DNA of 64,000 nt from Octopus vulgaris (lineage: Eukaryota). Below, in pieces: positions 53,562 through 64,000 of this stretch. Under the pieces are notes generated by a model that saw only the letters and a program-made list of their open reading frames with translations, was not told where the DNA came from and did not search any database. Where the stretch lies: assembly GCA_951406725.2 (NCBI GenBank), contig OX597817.1, positions 114,018,001 through 114,082,000 on the forward strand. The letters run 5' to 3'. How positions within the stretch are numbered: position 1 is the first letter of the stretch; each line of letters opens with the position of its first letter. A program made the position numbers and the translations under genes.

Positions 53562-53754
53562 ATATATGCACATATACATGCATATATGTACATACATACA
53601 TATGTATATATATATATATATGCATATGTGGGCACAGGACATCACAAAATGTGTACAACAAAAAAATTCGAAGCACGAGTACATGGAATATCAACTATTC
53701 TTTTGAGCAACGAAAGACACAAATGGAAATGTATATATATATATATATATATAT

Positions 53755-53947
53755 TACAGAGATGTACTCGCATAGCAAGTGATTTGATCTGAGATCGTGT
53801 GCTGGAACGAAAACAATTGCAGCGTGGAAGGTGTTTGTAAGCCATTTAAGAAACACACAAAAGCCGTTCGATTCACTTCAACATTTAAGTTTAATTTGTC
53901 AAAATATTTTCGTCGCTAAAAAACACCTTCCACGCTGCAATTGTTTT
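53755..53947 (-). mobile_element. TA-bounded Penelope-like fragment with 27-bp inverted end
   Basis: 53810-53836 is the reverse complement of 53921-53947; carries the 3' half of a hammerhead-like motif (GCGAC-GAA-AAUAUU-U-UGAC). Confidence 0.6.
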
Positions 53948-54070
53948 GTATATATATATATATATAACTATTTAGCAGAAGTAACAGAGTGACTCAAGGG
54001 CTGAGAGTTTTGTGCATTAGTACTTATCAAGCATACATTTTCTCTTTACACACGCATGTGCGCACGTACA

Positions 54071-54103
<33 letters not shown>

Positions 54104-54785
54104 AAGAGAGTGTGTGTATGTATTTGAAATACACAAAAATTGACTCACTAATACTTTTGCACATTTCTGTGCAACTCGTCCAATCCAATGACTTCTTGAA
54201 TTCAGCACTAAATAACACTAATTCCATATTTTCCTATAATTATGATAATTGTTATCTGTATAACAGACATGTCAAAACTTTTATTAAAATGGAAAATAAA
54301 TTACAGCTAATGAGAAAGAAAATGTTACCACTTCAAAAAGCCAGATGCCATCATAAAGAAGGAAGGAAGCAGAGGAGTGAATGAGGAAGACAAGAAAGGA
54401 AAACACACACACACACATACACACACACAGGTAACAATATATAAAAACAAAGGTTAGACAGGGTGATGGTAGAACTTGATTTGTAGAAATACTACTACTG
54501 ATTGGTTGTTCTGTGCAGTCTTGTATTGTACTGAAGCAGTGAAATTAGGTGCAGAGAATTTTATTTTTTATATTTTGCATTCTATTTCTTTTAGCAGTTT
54601 GACAGCCATTATCAAAGAGCTAGCATTAAGGAATGATTATTTGCATATTTTATAAATTTGCATAATATTCCGTCTATTGATTTCACACCTGCATGCTTTT
54701 TGCATGAATAGTAGAATATAATTATAGAGAACAGTATACATATACATACATATATATATATACATACATACATATATATATATAT

Positions 54786-55052
54786 AGTAGAAATATGTTA
54801 GAAAAAGAAAATATAAAATACACGTGGAAATGTAAGGGTAAAATATGAAAAATCAACGAAAATGCACATTGTAAATAAAAAAAGGTTATTTATGACAGGT
54901 AACGACAAATATATACATTTAGATTGATTGAGGTAGTAATAAGAGTCATAAAAGTCATTATTATGAGATGATTATAAGATGATAATAAAGTAAGAAAACA
55001 AAGCGAACCATGGTTTACACAAAGCTATTCATCGCTTGAAAAACACTGGCTA

Positions 55053-55109
<57 letters not shown>

Positions 55110-55692
55110 CATATATATGATGTGTATATAGGGATAAATTATTCAGGCGGGTACAGTAATTGTTCTCAGGTATAAATCCAGGTCCCACCTAACAACATCA
55201 AGTAGTGAGAAGCAAAGCATTAAGGAATGAAGGTGCATAGTAGAATATTGTGGATTGCACATGCAACTGCACATACTCCATGTAGCAGACACGTATCAGT
55301 CATTTTAACTAAATAATTATGCTGTATAGTTAACTGTTGAATTAAATGAAAAATTAGATGTACCAGTCTTTGTATTCTTTATAATTGTTTTATATATATA
55401 TATATATATCTGACACCGTATATTAACCGGTATTGTTCAAACGATAAATAGCCTTCGCGTAAACCACTGGTTCGTTTTGTTCTCTTACTTTATTATCATC
55501 TTATAATCATCTCATAATGATGACCTTTATGACTCGTATTACTACCTCAGTCAATCTAAATGTATATATTTGTCACTACCTGTCATAAAGAGCCTTTTTC
55601 TATTTGCAATATGCATTTTCGTTGATTTTTCATATTTTACCCTTACATTTCCACGTGTATTTTATATTTTCTTTTCGTAACATATTTCTACT
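54786..55692. repeat. ~275-bp inverted repeat pair, each arm bounded by (TA)n
   Basis: 54786-55058 is the reverse complement of about 55420-55692; ~360-bp spacer. Confidence 0.92.
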
Positions 55693-56233
55693 ATATATAT
55701 ATATATACATAGGGAGAGAGAGAAAGAGAGAGAACAAATAGTGAGGGATTATCAATCCGGGCAAAATACTTCCTAAGCTCTCTGTTGGCACACCAGGCCT
55801 ACAGTATTACTTAGATTAGTGAAGAACTCCAGGTAATCTTGTGGCAGGGTCCAAAGTTATGGTTCATCACAATTTAATATTGTAAATCTGTGGATGGGCT
55901 CCAGACAAACTGTTTTTTTACACAGAGTGATACATAAAAAAACAAGTTAAAAATAATGGTCATCACATATTTTTCCTTTATTTGCTCCAATAAAGGAAAA
56001 TATGCAATGACCATCATTTTAAACTTGTTTCTTATATATGTATAAATATATAATGTAGGTAGGGTTAAAATCCAAACTGTGTCCTCGTGAAGCACACCTG
56101 CTTATTTCAGTATTCAAAATCTGTATGTAAATGTAATGTTTGTATGAGAGATGCATAAGGGTTGAAAATACGGGAAAATATTTTTTGCTGAGTATTAATG
56201 TGTAAATGTGATTATGTTATGTATATGTAACCT

Positions 56234-56570
56234 GTGGTAATGACCCTACTTTGGTCATGAATGACCATGGGATTGTACCTAGAAAGTTACCCTCTGAGGC
56301 ACAAGTCTGGGCAAAAGTGGTTTATTGAAAACCAGCAATTGCTATCTATACCAGCCTCCCCTCTCCACACCACCAATATTATCCAAGGGAAAGGCAAATA
56401 CAGCTTGCCGCCAATGATGTCGCAACTAATTGTTACAGCTGAGTGAACTGAAGTAATGTGAAATAAAGTGTCATGCTCAAGAACACAACACACAGCCTGA
56501 TCTGGGAATCGATTTCACTACCTCATGATTGTGAGCCCAACGCTCTAACCACTGAGCCATGCACCTTCAT
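56234..56570 (-). mobile_element. SINE family D with TSD
   Basis: 10-bp TSD TATGTAACCT (56224-56233, 56571-56580). Confidence 0.9.
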
Positions 56571-57731
56571 TATGTAACCTATATAGTACCTGTATAAACT
56601 GGCTGTTTCTCTGTAGATTGAAAAATGATGAACAACCTTTGATTTTTTTAATCTTATTGGATTCTCATCAGAGGTGTCTACATAAATTTGACCAATCTCA
56701 GAGAAAGAAGCAGCTAATGTATTTATATATGCAACAATTACAGTAGCTACAGAAAACTGGGGCTACTATTTAACATTCTGTAAGTATCAACACTATTTTC
56801 AAATATCCAGGGCTTGTCAATAGGGACCTCAATCCATGCAGTATCAAGTTATGATTAATAAATGTAATTGTATTGTACCTATGTAAACAGGGCTAATTAA
56901 GCTATTTCTTAATAGATTAGAAAAATGATGACCAACCTTACTTGATTTCCAAATCTTATTGAATTCGCAACCATCAGTTTAACTATATGCAGATAGTTGT
57001 ACTAAATCAAGTTGACAAAATGTTTCACTGTCTCTTTGTCATGGGAAGGGGTTGTTTTTTGTTTACTATTCCTTCTTTCTCTTTAATAGATTCCTTTTGA
57101 TCTCCCCTCTTTACCCCACATTCTTCAAACTTAGATTTATAACATGCTCTTGATTATATAACATAATGAAAGTGACATAATGATTCTTTCATTCTTTGCT
57201 TTTTTTATTTTTCTTTCTTTATTCTCTTCTTTTTTCAATACACCTTTATTCCTACCATTTCCTCACTTTTCACTCACATGTTTTTGCTCTTGACTTCATG
57301 TCCATTTTCCATCTTTCTTTGTATTTATCTCTTCATTCATAATTATCACTCTCTTCCTTGACCAGAATTGGGCCACACCATGACTAACCTAATAGCACCA
57401 TCTGGAGAAGACATTTATGTTTCATGTAACAGTCATACTTTGGGCACTATAATCCATTTGAATAAAGAGGTATTGTTTGCAGAGATGTATTCAGGTGTTG
57501 TTTTGACCCATCTAGCATTGATCCCTCACAGGTGTGATACATAAAAAGTGGTTCAGGAGCATCTTACAGTGCAGACCTGATGCATTGAGTGATAAATAGA
57601 TATAACTTGTGAGAGATCGATGGTAGATGGGTTGAAACAATTGTAGTGATTAATAAAAAATACAAAACAAACACTGTGAAAGTGATCATGCTTTACCAGT
57701 ATGCTACCAGGTATATACCATCCTTTTATTA

Positions 57732-57777
<46 letters not shown>

Positions 57778-57782
<5 letters not shown>

Positions 57783-57971
57783 AAATTTAAAGGACTGACC
57801 ACTAAAAGTGGACGGTCAACATGCTAGATATACACGTCAAATCGCTATTTTCCACAAAGAATATGTTCTCAAATATTTGAGAACATATTCTTTGTCGAAA
57901 ATAGCGATTTGACGTCTATATCTAGCATGTTGACCGTTCACTTTTAGTGGTCAGTCCTTTAAATTTTGTAT
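57778..57971. repeat. 194-bp spacerless palindrome in a TA-bounded insert (to ~58060)
   Basis: Axis at 57874/57875 (CTCAAATA|TTTGAG region); 97-bp arms, 3 mismatches counted by eye. Confidence 0.95.
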
Positions 57972-58054
57972 GTAAAAATATTTTAATCTTCGGGTTTTTT
58001 TGATATGCTACACCACTGGTCCTAATTGATTAGTATCAATTTCTACCCTTATTA

Positions 58055-58103
<49 letters not shown>

Positions 58104-58371
58104 TATGATCCAAGTGTAGGAAGTTGGTAAGCTTCAAGTGGCAGGTATAGAAAATAATAAGTGGATAGTATACAATGAAATACAATAGCAATTTATAGTT
58201 ACACACATTTTACTCATATCAAAGTTGCAAGGAAATTTGATAAGCTGATAGATTCTATATAGCTCATGGTTAGCAACTAAGCCCAGGGCATAACAATTGC
58301 ATCATGTGCTTCAGTTAGCTAAGAAGAATATGTAACATGCATTTTAACTGTTCCACTCCTTCAATTTGCTT

Positions 58372-58468
58372 GTATGTATGTATGTATGTATGTATGTATA
58401 TCCATCCATCCATCCATCCATCCATCCATCCATCCATCCATCCATCCATCTATCTATCTATCTATCTG

Positions 58469-58502
<34 letters not shown>

Positions 58503-58525
58503 ATATCTATCTATCTATCTATCAA
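58372..58525. repeat. Compound tetranucleotide microsatellite (TATG)n(TCCA)n(TCTA)n
   Basis: Directly visible. Confidence 0.95.
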
Positions 58526-58856
58526 CCAATCAACAAACAGGTTAACCCAGTTACATGAGTAACTGTCTATCTAGCTCCTCAAGTGTCTAGGGCCATAGTG
58601 AAGAGAAATGGAAATGGTTTCTAAGTCTCACATCTGTTGGTTAGTTTAGGGCATGTAAAGAAATTATCTGTACAGCAGCAACAGTTTAACCCTTTTTGTT
58701 ATTCCACATGTGGAATAACAAGAGACAGCTGAGCAGCATTTGCTGACTAACAATCTGATGAGCTAGAAGGTACTCTAAGTAATGTGGGTTGTGTCAGCCT
58801 CTTAATAATAAAATATATTTAACTCTCATAATATATATTGAGTTCTGTTTTTATGT

Positions 58857-58897
<41 letters not shown>

Positions 58898-59275
58898 TTT
58901 AACATGCTTTTCCATGCTTGTAGGATGGAGTTTACTGAGATAGATTTGCTGTAGTTGGATTCCCTTCCTGTCGCTAACCTTCAACTGTTTCCAAGCAAAG
59001 TAATATTTCCCCATGGCCAGACATGATCTTCCGGAATATTGGAAATCAATGACACTGAATGACAATGACACTCATTTTTACAACTATTATGCTATGTCTA
59101 GACAAGGAGACACAAGCATACACACACACTCACACACACATATAGCCATGCATACATGCGTACATCTGTGTATCAAATCCTCTCACCAAGCTTTGGATGC
59201 TAGAGTAGAAGGTATTTGCCTATGGTGTCACACAGTGGGACTGAACCCAGAACCATGTGGTTTGGAAGCAGACTT
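58857..59275 (-). mobile_element. SINE family C
   Basis: (CAT)n tail and homology to 45022-45434. Confidence 0.78.
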
Positions 59276-60527
59276 CATGCTAGGAGGATAAGGAGTAGAG
59301 TAGGGTAAGGTATGAGAGAACAGAGTCAAAGCAGAAGAGGTTTCTTGCCACAGAGAAGCAACATGGTTACTTACATTTTGGGCAAGATGGGAAGGAATTG
59401 GAAAGTGATGGAAGAGGAAATGAAGTATCAGAGTGGACATACAAGGTATGAGGTGTGTATGAATGGGTGAGACAGGGTTGCCAGGAGTGAATGTGTGGAG
59501 CAGGAGATGCCTGATAGTGTAGGGGTAGCACAGTTGAAATGATGAAGTTCAAAAGAGAGATGACATGCTGATGAATAGGTTGCAGGGGTGGATGGAGAAG
59601 AGAAAGCAGTGCACAGTATATGAAGAGGGTGAGATGTATGGTCATGGGGAGGAAAGACATGAATGGGTTTCTAACAGAAAACAAAGAAACATCTGCCTAA
59701 AACAGAACTAAGATTTGATTTGTCTTCAGCATTATTTGCTGGTGTTATTAATGTAAATGAACACAAGGGTTATCAGTTATCAGTATTTTTAGTACATGCA
59801 AATCACTTGTGTCAGTGATTTGATTTTTACTTTAATTTATTTTGAGTTTGTGACAGTTATAGCAAGATAGATTCAGAAACCGACATACTCCTTAAAGAAA
59901 AGAGAACTTTTTGGTTGATTGTCACTCTTTCCACATTTCTCTTGGATGATAACTTTTTATATATCTCTAAAGTTATTTATCACTTTACTTGTCTAGAATA
60001 GGGGTGATGGGCAGATCATTAATAACAAATTCTTACTATGGTTTGCAGTATCACTACAATGTATTTTCATGCATGCATTTGTCCAGTCTAAATTATATCC
60101 TCTAGATCATGTGAATATGTGATTAATTTGTAAAAGTTATTACTATAGATTTTTAGGTCTTTAACAAAAAAAATTGTGAGTAACATTGATTTTTATTTCT
60201 TATGATGCATTACATGAAATATCAAGGTCTCTTCTGTGAAACACTGCCATAGTTTGTAACTATGGGAGGAGAAAACGACATTGATGTACTTTTAGTTTTC
60301 TTTGATAGAATTATGTTAAAAAATGGATTTTGCAAGTTTGCCCTCTCCACTCCACCTCCATAGTTTTTCAAGCTGCATGGTGACCTCACTAGTGTTGGAG
60401 GCATGATAAAAGGTTCCAAGTTCATGCTGTAAAGTGGTTGGCATCAGGAAGGGCATCGAACCATAGAAACCATGCCAAGTAAACATTGCAGCACAATGCA
60501 GTCCTTATGCTCTTTGGATCCTGTTAA

Positions 60528-60752
60528 CCCTTTTGTTACCATATTTCTGTTGAGATGCTCTGTGTTTCTTTCACTTAATTTTAAATATAACAAAGAATTT
60601 AGTAATATAACTTAGTTATCATTAATTATCATTTATTAGGAACATAAATTGTCACTAAGGTTTGATGGAAGATTTTAATTCAAAACTTATGAAAACAAAA
60701 GTTTTATGCTACAGAGCCAGAGCCGGTTTCAGCCGGGTTGGTAAGGAAAGGG
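60528..60752. mobile_element. piggyBac-like MITE family P1, nested in an RTE-tail fragment (60428-60812)
   Basis: TTAA TSD (60524-60527, 60753-60756); TIR CCCTTTTGTTACCA / TGGTAAGGAAAGGG; the host repeat rejoins across it. Confidence 0.88.
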
Positions 60753-61159
60753 TTAAACCATCCAATCCATGCTAGCATGAAACATGGATATGGTGATGAG
60801 GATGATGATGATGCTTTATATGTTGGTGCAGACATGGCTGTATGGTTAACAAGTTCATGTCATAATCATTTAGCTTCAAACTCAGTCGTGTTGTGTGGCA
60901 TTTCAGGTGAATATCTTCTACTATAGTTCTCGAACTGACAAAATGTATTTAGTAGATGGAATCTAAGAAGCTTGTAATGCATGCATATGTGTGTGTGTGC
61001 ATGCTCTTCCTTGTCTTGACCATGCATGCTAATTCATAAACAAACGTCAATGTCAGGCAAGTGGTGTTGTTTATTTCTAGACTTCCTTAAAAGCATATCC
61101 AGCCATCATGCTGTTTGTGTTTGAAGGATTAGGGGAAATATTACCTTACTTGGAAGCAG

Positions 61160-61445
61160 GTAGACTTTATGGACATGTGATTAGAATGTTACAGGAAAAA
61201 GTTGCAAGATTGATTTCTCCAGCTGAGTCAACCTGCAGAAGACCTAGGAGCAGACTAAGAACAAGCTCATTGGATAATGTCCATAGTCTCAGTTGGTCAC
61301 ACTTAGGAATCTAGCCTGAAAGTCTGATGATGCTTGCTTTTAATAGGACCCTATGGAAGATGTGCCTGAGGACTCTACCCCCAACCAACCGTCCCAAGAA
61401 TAGTGGGCAGAGAAGATGGATGGATGGTTGGATGGATGGATGAAT
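61160..61445 (+). mobile_element. Second RTE-like family 3' end, nested in a family C SINE (60826-~61600)
   Basis: RLYGHVIRMLQEKVARLI...RRPRSRLRTSSLDNV; (GGAT)n tail. Confidence 0.65.
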
Positions 61446-62930
61446 TGAAAATGCAACAGGAAGAACATCTGACCATAGAAAATATCTACCTCAGTGAATT
61501 TCATTTAATCCATGTGAGCATAGAAAATTGAATGGTTAAACAATGATGATAGTGGTAATGGTGGTGGTGGTGGTGGTGGTGGTGATGATGATGATGATGA
61601 TGGTAGAAGCTGTGGTGATGACAACTGCCTAAGCCCATCCCACCCAATGCTTGACTACTGCTTTATTTTATCATGGAAAGATGAAAAAGCAAAGTTGAAT
61701 TCAGTGAGATTTGAACTTAGAATGTAAAGAGCTTTATACAGACAATGCAAGGCATTTATTATTTTTTTTTTGGCTGCTCTAACACTTTTGCCAACCTCTC
61801 AACTATTGTGTTTTATAGCACTGCTCTTGCTCAGGCAAAGACTAGTAAACAGCAAAATTTAGAATTAATCTTCAAATGTATTATTATTAATGTGTGGAAA
61901 TAATATTTTGTGAATTGAAAGCCAACCCCTTCCTCATGCACTCCTAAAAAAAAAACAAAACAAAAATAAAAACTGATTATAATGGCATAGCATAGATCTC
62001 TGGAGGCATTGGATAAATAATAAATATTGGTTATATGATGTCAGTATGGAAGTTATAAATCACATTATCATCAACTGTTTAGAAATGTCAGCCAGGTATT
62101 GACTTCCTCTGAGGCATGAAATTATTGCAAGAATCATATGCAATAACTTTCATAGGACACACTGCCCTTGATGGATATCTAGAATATACCAATGATGTTT
62201 AATGCATGTTTACTCTTTAAAACAAGGAACATCAGTGCAAATGATGTTCTAGCCATGATTATATATGCATTGAGAGTTGTGCACTGTGATCACTTTGAGC
62301 CTTTTGGATTTAACAATGTTCAGCTGTTAACAATAACCAGCTGAGAAAATTAAGCAAATAAAGAGTTTGGGAACAATTTCCAGTTGATAACATTATCTCT
62401 GATTATAATAAGTGGCTTCTTCTGAAGTTGTTTAACTTTTTAACATTTAAACCATCTATATTTGGCCCAAATAGTCTGCCCATTTTATAGTCAGACTGGC
62501 CAAATCCTGCCTCTCACTACTACCCTACAGTGTCATTATAAAAATAAACAATCACATCATTGAAATCTTGAAACTACAAAATAATGTATGATTAATTCAA
62601 AATGATGTGTGGTACATTTGAAAGAGTAAGCTGAATGCTTAAGAGTTAAATCACGAATCAAATTAATCAGGTCAGCAATCAAAGCTGTTCAAGCCATGTC
62701 CATCCCATCTCTTTCTTTTAGGTAAGCATTGTGTATAAAGGATTATATTATCCAATGTGTTCTTGGCTTGATGGAGATCCGGCTGTTATTTCTACCAGGT
62801 TGAACAACGCTGTAGTAGCTCCCTCATTGGCTTGTTGGTTATCATTGTTTCAGTTGTGGTCACTCTACTGTACTAGTATATAAGATTCATGCAGTTCTCA
62901 GTTTTACTATAATGCAGATGTTAAAGATAT

Positions 62931-63094
62931 AGGCACAGGAGTGGCTGTGTGGGGTAAGTAGCTTGCTTACCAACCACATGATTCCGGGTTCAGTCCCACT
63001 GCGTGGCACTTTGGGCAAGTGTCTTCCACTATAGCCTCGGGCCGACCAAAGCCTTGTGAGTGGATTTGGCGGGTGGAAACTGAAAGCAGCCCGT

Positions 63095-63178
<84 letters not shown>

Positions 63179-63368
63179 TCCCCACCAACATTGCTTGACA
63201 ACCGATGCTGGTGTGTTTACGTCCCCGTAACTTAGCAGTTCGGCAAAAGAGACCTATAGAATAAGTACTAGGCTTACAAAGAATAAGTCCTGGGGTCGAT
63301 TTGTTCGACTAAAGGTGGTGCTCCAGCATGGCTGCAGTCAAATGACTGAAACAAATAAAAGAGTAAAA
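62931..63368 (+). mobile_element. SINE family A
   Basis: Full head, body and tail. Confidence 0.92.
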
Positions 63369-63826
63369 CAGTAAGTCTTGACTCCTATACTGACTCCCAG
63401 ATTGCTCAAGTATATGGAAACACCCTTATTAGCTTGTTCCATTTATAAGTTTATTTTGCATTGCTTTACTAATTTTAAAGGTTAAATATTACAACTGACC
63501 TATGCAAATCTGGTCCTTTAGAAGTGAGTGAGTGATGGGTCTTATTAAAAAGAAATGTTTTGCTTCCACTTGCAAAAATGAAATAGGAGTGAAGGAAGTT
63601 GTTATGAGCAGTGATGGCTATGATGGAGATGTTTTTTTAAGGATTTTATTGAACCTCAACAAAGAACATTAATGGAACATTCCAGCAAAAGTTTCCATCA
63701 TCCTTATTAACTAACATTCTCTGAACTAAAGGACAAAAAAGCATTGTGTTACTTTTAGCTGCCAAGTTGATGTCAGTATGTTATTGATAGTTATTTCTTA
63801 TGCATTGGTGCAAACCCTCAAACTTA

Positions 63827-64000
63827 TGAGGTGTGTCAGAAAAGAAACAGGACTGGGGTTACAAAAAATTTGTCAAGTCCAAATTACAAACTACAAGTTT
63901 TTCCCTTTGAAATAATTCTCGTTGAGTCTTATGCACTTTCCATCCTTTGCCATCACACCTCCATGCACTCCTGGAGGTTTTCTCCCAGGATTCTCTGTAA
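63827..64000 (-). mobile_element. mariner-like transposon 3' end (continues beyond window)
   Basis: taTGAGGTGTGTCAGAAAAG TIR-like end; minus strand gives a frameshifted C-terminus GENLQECMEV*WQRM..KCIRLNENYFKG resembling the mariner R(W)xKCIxxxGxYF motif. Confidence 0.7.

Noticed and set aside
59285-59690. Purine-rich tract, possibly a CR1-like 3' relic (similar tract near 10130-10370)
   Set aside because: No diagnostic motif could be recovered by eye.

Overview
AT-rich, repeat-saturated eukaryotic non-coding DNA (intergenic or a very large intron). The repeat families look like those of an octopus (coleoid cephalopod) genome; this is pattern recognition, not a database result. I cannot support any host protein-coding exon. 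Nearly all listed ORFs are translations of (TA)n/(CA)n/(TATG)n microsatellites or of SINE bodies. Recognisable content: at least 4 tRNA-head SINE families in dozens of copies; 3' fragments of an RTE-clade LINE; a decayed, near full-length Tigger/pogo transposon; a mariner end; hAT and TTAA-type MITEs; a probable Helitron; CR1/Jockey RT relics; and a Penelope-like GIY-YIG relic. The two most interesting signals are RNA-structural. (1) Short Penelope-like fragments sit in (TA)n runs and carry type-I hammerhead-like motifs with palindromic stem III, several with non-canonical cores, often arranged as inverted repeats or fold-backs that break inside stem II. (2) The RTE 3' UTR is a tandem array of a compact motif that can fold as an H-type pseudoknot. 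Coordinates were read by eye and ends of decayed elements are approximate.
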